Assembly (NCBI RefSeq): GCF_009914755.1
Contig: NC_060937.1
Reading direction: 5' to 3' (one strand)
DNA from: the human T2T-CHM13v2.0 reference genome, Homo sapiens
Length of the DNA stretch: 64,000 nucleotides
Position numbers and translations under genes: made by a program. Within the stretch, counting starts at the first letter, position 1. Each line of letters starts with the position of its first letter. Of this stretch, positions 38,901 to 51,981 are shown in pieces. Below the pieces are notes generated by a model that saw nothing but the letters and a program-made list of their open reading frames with translations, did not search any database and was not told the DNA's origin.

Positions 38901-39681
38901 ATAATGAAAACTAATGTATACATTCTAAGCCACACATTTTTTCACACTGTAATGTTCCTGGGATCATGATAAAACTCAAAGTAAGTGGTATAAGTGTGTT
39001 TTCTTTTGCATTGGTGTACAAGATTATAATGTAGTTTATATTTGCTATCAATCTAAATTTAATAGACAATAGTATTTTCATTTCTTCGAATATACCAAGT
39101 CACCTTAAATTCTGTCTTTTAACATGGACAGACACACTTCAAAATATCTAAATAATTAACAATCTCCTAGAGGAATGACCCTTTAGTTTTTATTGTCCCA
39201 ACTTCATAGAACTTATATATTTCTTAATGTAACATTTTCAGCCAATCTTTATATAAGACCAAAAAGTAGAGTATATTTATGTCCCCAAAGTTCAATGAAG
39301 CATTTTTAACAAAATGACTTCCAGGAAAATTCTTGAGTTACAATCCAAATACAACTGCTAGAATGCCAGAGTCACTTTTATAACTAACCAAAAAGTGTGC
39401 CAAATGTCACAAAGTGTATGCACTCCACAGAGATTGCTGCCTGTAAGAGATGTAGCCCAAAGTATTTTTGATTCGAGCAATGGCTTTTATATTTACCCTT
39501 TATTATTGCATAGATTTTGTGATAACATTGAAGAACACCATGGAGAACTTTAAAAAATTGAGTAAGATGTTAAAAATAGAAGATGCTACTGCATACAAAA
39601 CATCTGTTAATAACCCTATTAAAAATCATAATTGTTGATCAAAAATTTTAAACATTTTACAATGTAAAATAATCATTTTGG

Positions 39682-39959
39682 AGCCAGTTCCGGTGCCTCA
39701 TGCCTGTAATTCCAGCATTCTGGGAGGCTGAGGTGAGTGAATCGTTTAAGGCCAGGAGATCAAGACCAGCCTGGGCAACATGGTGAAACCCCATCTCTAC
39801 AAAAATTAGACGGGTGTGCTGGTGCCTGCCTGTAGTCTCAGTTACTTGAGAGGCTGAGGTGGGAGGATCACTCGATCCTGGGAAGTTGAGGCTTCAATAA
39901 GCAGAGATCACACTACTCTACTCCAGCCTGGATGATAGTGTGAAACACCATGTAAAAAA
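39682..39959 (+). mobile_element. AluJ
   Basis: GAGGCCAGGAG-type left arm, GGGAGGATCAC right arm, short A tail. Confidence 0.93.
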
Positions 39960-39981
39960 TTTTTTTTCATTTTTTTAACTA

Positions 39982-40214
39982 ATATATGTACATATATCTG
40001 TATATATGTACATATGTGTATATGTACACACATGTATATGTGTATATGTAAATATATGCATGCACATATATGTGTATATATGTACATACGTGTGTACATG
40101 TGTCTATATATGCACATATACATACATATATACATAGATACACATGGACATATATACACATATCTGTACATGCATATATACACATATGTACACATATACA
40201 CATATATGTATATA
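39982..40214. repeat. Degenerate (TA/TG/CA)n alternating purine-pyrimidine tract
   Basis: About 230 bp of near-continuous RY alternation. Confidence 0.95.
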
Positions 40215-40299
40215 ACTATGTTTTAGTTATATTTTAAGAATTCCGTGAGGATTTGTGTTGAGATGTGCAGTGGATTCTTTAATACTTTGTTGAAGTAGT

Positions 40300-41230
40300 A
40301 TAGAACCACACATTTATCATGGCCTTATCATCTATGGACATAGCCAAATGACTTTCTTTCACCAGTGGGATGATGTCAAATGCACAGCAAGCAGAAGTCT
40401 CACATGTGCTTGTATATTGTTTATATAATTTTTTAAAATTTTAGTGTATTATGATGTTTTGACATTTTAAAAACTTTGCAGAAGAGAGACTGTCCCTCCA
40501 GGGCTAGCCAATTCTTCGGGATAGCAAAGGCCTCAGCCAGGAACATGCTTCATGCTTTTGATATGCAAATTAAGCAATTCAGAGCTACTTCTCCTCTGTC
40601 TAGCCCGTACACACCCCAGGAGGCAATGTTCCCCTACTTTAATGATCTCAGTAGTAGGTACCAGGCATTTAGGACCACCTGTATCATTTATAGCCCGCCA
40701 AAATTATTCAAACTAGCCAATCCTAAAATGTTTACCATGCTCTGCTTTTTCTCATGGAAATCCCAATAGAGGTTCCAGCCCTGGCTTTTACCTTGCTCCT
40801 CCTTTGTTCCTCCTGACCGCCTGACATTTTCCCTTGTGGTCCTGCTTGGCTGCCATGCACCTGTTTCTAGGTTTATAATACGATTTTGTTTCCTGGATTC
40901 TCTCCTTCGTCCCCTCTTATGGACACCCGACTGACCATCATATAAAAGAGCAGGTAACAGCTTGTGTGGTTGGACTTATTATCTTGTGCCTCTGCCCTTC
41001 TTCATGAGAAGATCATGTCTCCAGGAGAGCTGATATTCTAAGAACAATGACAGACATATATGGAGAGCCTGGGACTCAACCTAAAGCTTGAGCCAACTCC
41101 TGTCAAGCCCAGCCAAGATTAGCCAAACCCAAGTCTACATATTTATGTATGAGCAAAAAATAAATTCCTATTTTTATAAACTAACGAGTTCTAGAATGGA
41201 GTGTTTTGAAAAATTATTGTGGAATAGCAC
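40300..41230 (+). mobile_element. MLT1 (I/J-like) MaLR LTR split by MER74
   Basis: CAAGCAGAAGTCTCACATGTGCTTG[insert]GCTTGTGTGGTTGG...CATGAGAAGATCATG...GCCCAGCCAAGATTAGCCAAACC. Confidence 0.6.
40413..40959 (+). mobile_element. MER74-like solo LTR (ERVL)
   Basis: GAGAGACTGTCCCTCCAGGGCTAGCCAATTCTT...GATATGCAAAT; 5-bp TSD GCTTG at 40408-40412 and 40960-40964. Confidence 0.8.
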
Positions 41231-43102
41231 CTTTCTACTACCATATAAAACATCATTTAATGATGAAAATGAGACTGCTGGTTAGAGATTTTGCTCAGAG
41301 CATCTGACTTTTGGAAAGAATTGCTGATGTTCAACAGGAGATACAGCTCCTATCCTATCCTATCTCTAACAGGAGATAGAGTTCCAATCCAACCATCTCT
41401 TATCCTTGCCATCAGCATAGGGATTCTAACTTCTCTTTTACATGTGTTTACTTGTCTTCTGATCTCCTGAACTGTGCTGAGGTCTCTATGCCCATTTTTT
41501 TTCATAGCACCCTGTCTTTTTCTATATTATAGCACTTAGCAAATTTTACTCTTATTTTTATCTATACTATTCACTTGAATATTACAACTTGGAGGGTGGA
41601 AACAATATGTATTTCCAGCACATAACATGATGCCTGGCATGCATTAGGCTTTTACAAATTATTGTTACTGAATCAAATGAATTATCTCAGCTCAGCTCTG
41701 TTTCCAAATAATGTGTGACTTTAAACAAGATACTTTATTTTTATGGCCTCTGTATTCTTTTTGTGCAATTGGTTAGTCTAAATTATCTCTAAGATTTTAT
41801 TTCTATAATATGTGTTAAAGAGCTAAAATTAAAATATAATCATTTATTTAACTATACAGTTTACAGAAATTTATGTAATCTTTTATAAAGGATTGCTTAT
41901 TTATATAAACTTGGAAAAGGATAATCAAATAAAAATAGGATCCCACAAATAAGATTGACAGGTGTTCTATTTAGCTGTATGTCTCCTTTAACCATCATAT
42001 ATACACACATACACACACACACAACAAATATCTACCTTTTTCTTATATTCATTTTCAGGATGAAATTTTATGTGATTAAAATTTTATTCTATATTTATTT
42101 TTGTATCTTACATTTTATTTACAATTATGTTATGTTCTCATATTTAAGTAAAATACTTATTTACTTTCAATTTTTAAAAAATAATTGTAATTTCAAAATT
42201 ATGAATTTTCCCACTAATTGTAGCTTTGGCTGCAACCCATTAGTCTTGGGATATAGCCTTTTCCACTTCATTTTTTATTAATTTATCTCTTAATTTATTA
42301 ACAAATTAAGCACCCTACTGTGTTAGTGTGATCAGAACTATTGCAAACACTTAAATTACAACTATGTACACGAAAACAGTAAAGGTCCTGTCTTAAAATA
42401 ACACAATTTCTAGTATCCGTATGGTTTGAGCTACAGATTGAACAACAAAATTACACCTCACCTGCCTGTGAGTAAAAAATTATTTCATCTTTCTTTTAAA
42501 TCCTCAAACAAAATGTATTTGACCTCTCATCACTGATTTGAATAAATATATCCCTGCATATTAACAAGGTTTACTTAGGTGGCTATAGCACAGGTTCTAA
42601 TGAACAGGTATTAAGTTTTATTCCCAAGAACTTCCTATAAGGCCAGTTATTGCTGTGGTCGTTTGGCCTCTTGAGGCAATTTACATTTCAGACCAGAACA
42701 CTTACCATTGAAGTTTAGGAAAATGGTCACTTAACAGTGTTTTATTCAAGAACAATAGGTAGATATTTTCTTTTCTTTACGTTTCTGTAAGTGGAGAACT
42801 CTCTCAGATTGCTGTCACAAAAGTGAATTTAAGTCACAATTTGGAGAATTACTGCCTGCAACTTTAAAATAGCAGTTTGTTGCAAACTTTTCCTACTATT
42901 TAAAAAAAAAAAATCTTACAGAGACAGGGGCTAGATGAAGCATCATAGTATATTACTTCAGATTTCTTTTTTGAACTGTTGTTTCTTTGAAAAGTAGAAT
43001 TTTATTCTTTCTTTTAAAGTTATTTGTTTGTTTTGTTTGCTTCTTTTAAAAATGTTTTTTACTATAGGAAGCAGAGGTCCGAATATGGGTAATTACTGTT
43101 AG

Positions 43103-43792
43103 TGTAACTGCCCAGTGAGTTCACTATGCCCGCTGCCTAGTCAGAGCCGATTTATCAAGACAGGGGAATTGCAATAGAGAAAGAGTAATTCACGCAGGGC
43201 TGGCTGTGCAGAGACTGGAGTTTTGTTATTACTCAAATCAGTCTCCCAGACAACTTGGTGGATGGGGGAAGCCAATGAGCCAGGAGTGCTGATTGGTCAG
43301 GTCAAAGATGAAATCATAGGGGGTCAAAGATGAAATCATAGGAAGTCGAGCTGTATTCTTGTGCTGAGTCAGTTCCTGGGTCGGTGCCACAAGATCAGAT
43401 AAGCCAGTTTATTGATCTGGATGGTACCACCTGATCCATCAAGTGCAGGGTCTGCAAAATATCTCAAGCACTGATCTTAGGAGCAGTTTAGGGAAGGTCA
43501 GAATCTTGTAACCTCCAGCTGCATGACTCCTAAACCATAATTTCTAATCTTGTGGTTAATTTGTTAGTCCTACAAAGGCAATCTAGTCCCCAAGAAAGAA
43601 GAAGATTTGCCTCGGGAAAGGCCGTTATCATCTTTGTTTTAAACTATAAACTGTAAACTAAGTTCCTCCCTAAGTTAGTTCGGCCTGTGTCCAGGAATGA
43701 ACAAGGACAGCTTGGAGGTTAGAAGCAAGATAGAGTTGGTTAGGTCAGATCTCTTTCACTGTCTCAGTTACAATTTTTCAACAGCAGTTTCA
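43103..43792 (-). mobile_element. LTR8A-like solo LTR (ERV1)
   Basis: Minus strand TGAAAC...AACTGAGACAGTGAAAGAGATCT...GTTACA; perfect 4-bp TSD TTAG at 43099-43102 and 43793-43796. Confidence 0.9.
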
Positions 43793-44279
43793 TTAGGGTT
43801 CTATAGGTCAAGTAAAATAATCAGTATCTACCTATGGATTTGCACATGAGGTAGACACTATAGACACTGGGAAGCTAGCTCATCAATTTCCCGGCCTCCT
43901 CCCAGGCAGAGGTGGTTATGTGCCATTCTTGTCTGCTGGAAGATGTGCAATAAAGCCTTTGCTTTATAGATTTAACTATAGTAGCCTTTACTGTTTGCCA
44001 GTCTCTCTGACTGCAACTGAAAGTACTGCAACCCCTTGTGACCATTAATAGGAACGCCAAGAGGTTAAGGCTTAAAGACATAATTGAGATACTTGACTAG
44101 CCTTAACCAACCGACTTCTAGACTTCCTTTATGTAAGGAAATGTAAATTAATATTTTTTTAAATCGCCCTTTATAAGCAACACAATATTATTGAAATGTT
44201 CGCTAGGCTTATAAATGTTGTATATCTGATTTTGCAAGCACTTAGAGATTCTGTGACTATCTCTTTGTATTTATAATGG

Positions 44280-44579
44280 TATTATTGTTATTATTATTAT
44301 TATTATTATTATTTTTTCTGAGACTGGCTCTGTCACCTAGGCTGGAGTGCAGTGGCACAGTCTTGGCTACTGCAACCTCTGTCTCCCAGTTTCAAGGGAT
44401 TCTCCAGCGTCAGCCTCCTGAGTAGCTGGGATTACAGGTGCCCATCACCATGCCTGGCTAATTTTTGTATTTTTAGTAGAGACGGGGTTTCACCATGTTG
44501 GCCAGGTTGGTCTCGAACTCCTGACCGCAGATGATCCACCCACCTCAGCCTCCCAAAGTTCTGGAATTACAGGTGTGAG
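44280..44579 (-). mobile_element. AluSx-like with (ATT)n tail, first ~17 nt missing
   Basis: (ATT)n, then GAGAC...GGAATTACAGGTGTGAG. Confidence 0.94.
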
Positions 44580-44929
44580 ATATTTTGATGTCATGATGTT
44601 GAGAATATTATTTTTGTATCTTTATTGTGAATTATGCCCTATATCAACATAAAATGACCCTCTTCATTCATTAGTTAATTTTTGCCTTAAAATTATGTCA
44701 TTTCATCCATTTATTTATTTTTTATTTATTTAAAAATATGGATTGGGTGCTGTATTAATAAAGGTTCACTTTGACCGCTGATGCATTATTCGCAGAAGTG
44801 CTAGAATGTGATTTTTAAACATATTTTATGTCAATTTACTGTCTAATTATAATTGTCATGTGGAGATACAAAAGACCTAGAAGAACCATAAGTTTTAAAA
44901 AGAGAAACAAGTTAGAGTACTAACACTGT

Positions 44930-45980
44930 TAGTATAACCAAAATTATAAACTTGTGCTTTTCATAAGACACTATTAAGAGAATGAAAATACAAGCCACAG
45001 ATTGGGTAAAAACATTTGCAAATCATAAATTTGACAAAGGATTTATAACTAGAATGTAAAATACTCTCAAAATTCAAGGAGAAAACAAATAATAAATTAT
45101 AAAATGGGCAAATGTTTTAAACAGATGCTTCACCATATACATAGATAGCAAGCACATGAAAAGATATTCAGCATCATTAGTCATTAGGACAATAAAAAGT
45201 TAGAACTACAATGAGATACTATGACACACCTATTTGAATTGCTAAAATTAAAAAGACTAAACATAACAAGTGTTGGCATGAAATGTGAAATGTGAAAAAA
45301 CTAGAACTCTTATTCTTTGTTGGTAGATATGTAAAATATTATGACTACTTTGAAATAAACATTAGCAGTTTCTTCAAGAGTTAAACATACACTTACCATA
45401 TGATCCAACAATCCAAATCTTAGTTATTAACCCCAAATGAATGAAAAGATATATTCATACAAGACCCATGCATTAATGTTCACTAAAGCTTTATTCATAA
45501 TAGCCCAACATTAGAAACCACCTAGATATCCATTAACAGGTTAATGGATTTAAAAGAAGTTATGATTTCTTTACACAATGCAATGTTGTATATATTTTGT
45601 ATATATCAGCAATAAGAAGAAATAAAATATTGTTATATATTACAGTGTGGAAGAGTTAAAAAAACTGTGTTGAGTGAAGAAATTCAGACCAAAAATATTA
45701 CACATTGTATGATTCCCTTATATAATACTCAAGAAAAATTCAACCTTAATTATAGTGGTAATAGGCAGATCAGTGGTTGTCTGAGCAGAGATAGAGTGGA
45801 GGAGTGGAAGCTGGGAATACAAAGTGGCATGGGGAATGTTTGGGAAGTAATTAATATGGTCATTAACTTGATTGAGGTAATCTGTCATAGATACATACAT
45901 ATATCAAAACTTAAATTCTATACTTTCAATGTGCATAGTTTATTGTATGTCCATTATACCTCTAAGCTGTTCAAAAAAAG
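44930..45980 (+). mobile_element. L1M (ME/MC-type) ORF2 end and 3' UTR
   Basis: CAAGCCACAGATTGGG...ACCATATGATCCAACAATCC...CATTGTATGATTCC...TTATACCTCTAAGCTGTT plus A tail. Confidence 0.8.
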
Positions 45981-47498
45981 AATTGTCAATGTTTTCCCAT
46001 CATACAGCAAATAAAATATGATCTCCTGACTACTGCCTTTTAGTACTTTGTAATCTAGTATTTGTTGATCCCCATAGTTTTCTCCTCTACCACTCTCCAA
46101 ACCCACTGTCCTCTTGTTTTCTTTTTTCATTGATAATGCCAATCTTTTTGCATTACTCAGTGACTTTTGCACTTATTTGCCCCTGTGAATGGACTTCTCT
46201 CCCCTTGACTCTTTCTATGTCTGCCCCTGTACCATACTACAAGTCCATATCAGTAATTTTGTTACCAGAAATCCAAGGCCAATGGCTTAAATTTATTGAA
46301 ATATATATTCAGTAAGTCCAATGATACATAGAGCAGGCTTCATATCTGATTTAGTCCAGTCACTCATGCTTCTGAGATGCTCTGAGATTTAATAACCTTA
46401 ATGTATCTCCGGCTGGTAGTAAAACAGCTTAAATAGTTACAGCTCTCAATCATAGACATGTGCAAAAATAAAAAGAAATAATGAGCTGATTATATAAGCT
46501 TTTCTTAAAGATCCAGAACAAACTCTGCCAGAAGCTCCCTAGCATCCCGCTGGCCTGATCTATTCATTGGGAGGGAACTACCGCAGAGCAAGTAGATGAA
46601 TTCCTGAATCTGGGGTGGCTCAACTTACACTGTATAAGCAAGGAGGAACCAGAACCAAGCTGGTGTTGGGTAAGGAAGGACAAAAGAAAAGAATATATCC
46701 TGGTGAGACAATGTATAATTCTACTAGTAAATTTCAGTACAAATGTGACTACTATTTTCCAAAGGAACACTCACCTCTCTTTAGCTAATCTTTCTGCTTA
46801 TTTCCTGTAAACTATGCTTTATTATTTATGATATCTTGTTTTTTAATAGAGTTATATATTTGATATCTATCTTCTTTTCTAGAATGTAAACTCCTTAAAC
46901 ACAAAGACATTTTGTGTTTTATTTGTTATTTTAATCCTAGATTCTAGAATAGCAGAACAAAAACATATAGAAATATATCAATAAAAATTAATTCTAGGAA
47001 TAACTGAGTGAATTAATCAATCATTTAATAAATTCTCTACATCCAAGCATTAATTTGATTTCCATAGCACTAAATAAAGAGTTGTATTTTCTGATCAAAA
47101 TTATTATAATCCAGGGTACATGATCCATTCCATAATAATGATGCATATAAAATATTTGAGACTTGAGAAGCAAATGTTGGTGACATCACTAGAGACTGAA
47201 TGGAGAAAGTCCCTCAATATTTTTAGTCATTAGGAAAATGCAAATTTAAGTCATGTAAGATATTACTATCTACCAACTAGAGTAGCCAAACAAACAAATA
47301 AGTGACAGACAACATCAAGTATGGTCAAGGATGTGGAGCAATTGGATCTCTCATACCTTATTTGTAGAAATGTAAAATTGTATTACCACACTGAGAGTCA
47401 TTCTGGCATTTCTCTATAAAACTGTATATATGCTTATCCTATGAACTATCCTATCAACCCCTAGGTATTTACTCCTCCAAAATGAAAACATATACAAG

Positions 47499-48091
47499 TG
47501 AGGCCGGATAGGTAGTCAAGGAAGAAACCATGTCCTTGGGACATAGGAACCATGGCGACTGCACCTGCAACACAATAAGCCCCAGCATTCACATTGTAGT
47601 CAAGCTCATTCAAGCAAAGCTATCTCCAGTAGGGAAATTTTCCTGTGGAGAGTGTGTGCATTTCGATTTTACCTATCCTCAGACTTACTCTTACTCATTG
47701 TAATAGTAACAAACACACTCCTGGGTGGAGATTTAATGAGACATGTGATGTATGAACAAACATATACAGCTACTGCACATGTGCACCCAGAGGACCACTA
47801 GAATATGCTTACTAGTAACGCCTCTTCCCAATCCCCGTATGAATAGTCATGTAAGACTTCCATAACGGGAGTTTTCCCAGTAACAGCCAAGGCTGTCTCA
47901 TCCTTACGAGCAGCCAGCTCTGAACCTTCTCTCTCTTGGGGTGTACTGTCTATTTCACACTTAACTTTCAAAATATTCTTTCTTCTTTGCAATAAATTAC
48001 TCTATGCTGCATCTCCTTTGTTGTGTGCCTCTTGTTTAAATTCTTTTAAGCTAAGAAGATAAGAACCACGGTTTTACAACAGCCATCAACA
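47499..48091 (+). mobile_element. ERV1 solo LTR (LTR36-like, subfamily uncertain)
   Basis: TG...CA ends, AATAAA near 47991, 4-bp TSD CAAG/TAAG. Confidence 0.75.
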
Positions 48092-48100
48092 TAAGGGTAT

Positions 48101-48500
48101 TGTCTTAGTCCATTTTGTATTACTGTAACAGACTTCATGAGATGGGGTAATTTATAAAGAAGAGAAATGCATTTCTCACAGTTTCAGAGGCTGGGAAGTT
48201 CAACATTGAGGGGCTACACTAAAAAGAGCCCTCATGCTGCTTCATTACATGGTGGGAGGCATCACATAATATGAGAGTGTACATGCAAAAGAGGGTGGCA
48301 AAGAGGGTGGAACTCATCCTTTTATCAGAAACTTTCTCCTGTGATAACTGTCCCACTTCAGCAATGAAGGCATTAGTCCCTTCATGAGGGCAGAGCTCTC
48401 ATAACCTAATCACCTCTAAAGGCCCCACCTCTCAACACAGTTATATTGGGGATTAGGTTTCCAACACATGAACTTTAGGGGTCAAATTCAAACCATAAGA
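48101..48500 (-). mobile_element. MaLR solo LTR (MSTC/MSTD-like)
   Basis: TGTCTTAGTCCATTT...CATGAGGGCAGAGC...TTCAAACCATA; perfect 5-bp TSD GGTAT at 48096-48100 and 48501-48505. Confidence 0.9.
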
Positions 48501-48780
48501 GGTATTCATAGCAGTTTTATTCCTAATAGCCCCCAAATATAAACAAACCAATGTTATCAATAAGAGATAAGCAAGCAGGAGTATATTCATACATTGTAAT
48601 ACTACTGAGCAATAAAAACAGATAAACTACAGAAATATTCAACAAAATAAATATATCTCAAAAACAGTAAAATGAGTAAATGAAGCCTTACACAAAAGAG
48701 TGCATATGGTATGCTTTTATTTACATGAAAATCTTCATCTGGAGAATTGACTGGAAAGGACCAGAAGAAACTTTCTAGAA

Positions 48781-49000
48781 CACCATGTACTAAACTTTTT
48801 CTGTAGAGGGCCAGATTGCAAATATTTTCAGTTTGTGGGCCTGATGGTTCCTGTTGCAACTACTCTTTACTGCCATTGTAACACAAAAGCAGCCATAAAC
48901 ATGTCAGCAAATGTGTGTAGCTGTGTTTCAAAAATAGTTTATTTACAAAAACTGTTGGAGTGCAAGATTTGGCCTGCCAGCCATAGATTGCTGCACCTCC
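48781..49000. mobile_element. MER58A (hAT-Charlie)
   Basis: AAACTTTTTCTGTAGAGGGCCAGAT...AAAAGCAGCCATAAAC...TTTATTTACAAAAAC. Confidence 0.85.
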
Positions 49001-50893
49001 ATAGACTGATAACGATGTCCTGTATCTTGAAAGAGATTATACGTGGGTGTATGTATTTATTAAAACTCAGTGAATGTACACTGAAGGTTTGTGCATTTCC
49101 TTATACTTCAACAAATGTTGGATTCTAGAATGATATGTGTGCTGAGGAATTTAAGAAAAAGTATACTGATGTCTGTAATATAGTTTAAAATGTACTTAAA
49201 AGTAAGATTGTAAAGCAGATTAATACTGAGATGAATAAATGGGTAGCTAGGTGATAAAGTAACTGGGTAAAATGTTAATGGAAGAATACAAATGGTGCAT
49301 GTAAGGATATTCACCTTAAAATCTTTGTTTTGCCATTTCTATGAAATTTTTCATAATAAAATGTTGAATAGATGGCTTAGGGAAGTTTATCTGCTAGCAA
49401 GTGCAGGCAGTGGCAGTGAAGTGGTGGCAGACAGGACTGTAGTATTGGCAACATCATGTAGTGTGTAGACCCTTGCATTGTAAGCCAAATATTGTAACTT
49501 TTTGTTCCAGTTTGACCCTTGGGTGAGTCATCTCAGTTCCCTGTGTCTCACTTTCTACATGCACTTTTAAGAATAGAGACTCAATAAATATTTGTTGAGT
49601 TAATGTTTGATATATTGATATATAAATTGAAGGAAACAGATAAAATAATTTCTCAGGTCCCTTCTATGTTTTCTATGACTCATTTTCATTAAGTATGTAT
49701 CAGATAACACATCTCTATCATTACTTAAAATATTTTAGCAATTTATATTATGACTAATTATATAAATTCTAACAATAACATAATTTTAATGGATGAACTA
49801 AAATTTGTATTTACAAACGAATGGTAACTCAAAGAAGTAGATCCCTTGAAAAGCCATGTAACTGTATGTCAGCTTGGTAAGAAAGTCAGTGTCAAATATA
49901 GCAACAGAATTACACTATTCTTTTCAATGCTTTTTCCCAAATTTAAAATGTATAAATAAATGTGCATATGCTTCCAAACTAAAGTTTGGATCTAATAGTA
50001 GCTACTTGGAAAGACTATTCCATTCAATGTAACACATTTTTGTGCCGAACTATAAGCATCTGATTACTAGCTGAGGTATAAGTTGTTAAAATACCCCTCA
50101 TCATTTATCTGGTTCAAGCAGCAATGAAATTGTGGCAGATGATGAATAAATATCAAGCACTTCCTTTGTTTGCAGCTGTGTCCTTACAGAGTTTCAAGGT
50201 GTTTAGGAGAAAAAGAGACAATTGTGACATGACACCCGTAAGTACTTATTACATCATCCTTGGTATTGAGCTAACGATAACTAAAAGAATTACATTTTTA
50301 TTAGGCACCCAGGGTACACAATAAAATGTTCATTTACCTCACACTGCATATAAAGCTATGTTTTCAACAGTCTGTTTCTTATATAGGATTGCCATAATGT
50401 GATTCTCAGAACATTAAGCACCAATGCATAATTATTAACCTCCTTGTATACAGCCATCTACGTTAAATACCATTTAATAAAATGCTCTTACAAATACTGT
50501 ATATCCTTATAGAACTATTATCTACATTTTCTCAAAATACTGTGCTCAAAATTGGATCAATGGAATTAGTATTTTGTTCTTATAATAATGTGGATGAGCC
50601 TAAGGCTGAATGCAGGAGAAAGAGAGCTTTATGGCTCCCAATTCATTGGAACATGTGGGATTTTGGGGGGACTACACCCTGAGAACCATACCTTCTAAAC
50701 CCAGGTCACTTTTCTTTAGGGATTTTATTTTTATTTTTATTTCTATGAACCCCTTTTGGCTTTGATTTTTTAAGAGAGCTGCACTCTTTAAAATGTCTTT
50801 GTGTACTTCTCATATTCTCTGAAATACAGGCACTGAGCAAGACTGCCAGTGCTCAAGAAACACTCATCAACAAGCCATGACTTTGCACTAACA

Positions 50894-51071
50894 CAGTGGC
50901 TTCCAAACCTGTCTGCATATTAGAATCTCCTGAATTTTTTTAAATGTCCCAAAGCCTAGGACACACCCACAATCAATTAAATCAAAGTCTCTTGTGATGG
51001 GCCAAAGTCATTACTATTTTTTCGAAGTTCACCAGAGTACAACAATTTGTAGACAAGTTCGGGAACAACAA
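50894..51071. mobile_element. MER5-type hAT MITE
   Basis: CAGTGGCTTCCAAAC...GCATATTAGAATCTCCTG...CAATTAAATCAAAGTCTC. Confidence 0.75.
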
Positions 51072-51981
51072 TCAGATTAGGAGTAATAAGTAAAATTCTA
51101 AGGGAAGATGCCATGGAAGCCAAATGGTCCAAAGTTGAATTTTTGGTTTTTAGAAGAAAAAAAATAGAGATAATATGACATTATAACTCTCAAACCATTT
51201 TTTCCTCTGTATGTGAAAGGTTAAAGTTATGTACCTTTGAAGATATTATCACCCCTGATATTTTAATTGTTTAGCAACAGCCACTAAACTATACATATGT
51301 AGCTATTTGGACATTAATTTAAAAAGTAGCAGCTATAAGAAAAGAAATGAACAGTAGCTTAATGGCTACTTAGTAAAGATTATATTGGGAAGCTTTAACA
51401 TGCATGTATGTTCAGTAAATACATATGGAAGTTTGTCTGAAAACAACAGAAATAGATAAGAAGTTACATACTATATTATATATTTTAATAAAAACAAAGA
51501 TGGGGAAAAGGCACGACATTTTGTTTTGTTACATGTTTTCATGAGTTGGTAAGGTGGCCTTATACTACATACAAAGACATGTATCAGGCTGTGCATGGCT
51601 TTTGGGTTTCACAAAGAGCAACCCTGTTTTTCTGAATCCAATCATATTTTCCATGTCTGATTAAGTTACCGTGCAGGGCAAAGTCTGAAAAAGGCATTAT
51701 GTGGTTTATGATCAATAGATTTTTCTAATTATATTCATAATAGCAGACATATTTCTAGATAATTTGATTCAGAGTCAAACCTGAGATTGCAAATTGATGA
51801 GGTATAAGCACCTACTGGTGTCATCATTATTAAGAGATTGTTGTTGTCATCCTCACCATCAAATTTCCCCTGTATTGGGTTATTACAACCTGACAACATT
51901 AAGTCTCATCAGAAAAAAAAGATTTAGTGGGTAGGATTTTCTAATAAAAAATGTAAATTATATAGTTATTGTTTTGAATAT

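Larger units (their letters stand above)
47210..49370 (+). mobile_element. L1M (ME-type) 3' region hosting three nested insertions
   Basis: GTCATTAGGAAAATGCAAATT...GGTCAAGGATGTGGAGCAA...; resumes TTCATAGCAGTTTTATTC after 48505; ends TTTTCATAATAAAATGTTG. Confidence 0.75.

Noticed and set aside
39908-40226. Y/I/C/H/M-rich ORFs
   Set aside because: Translations of the (RY)n microsatellite.
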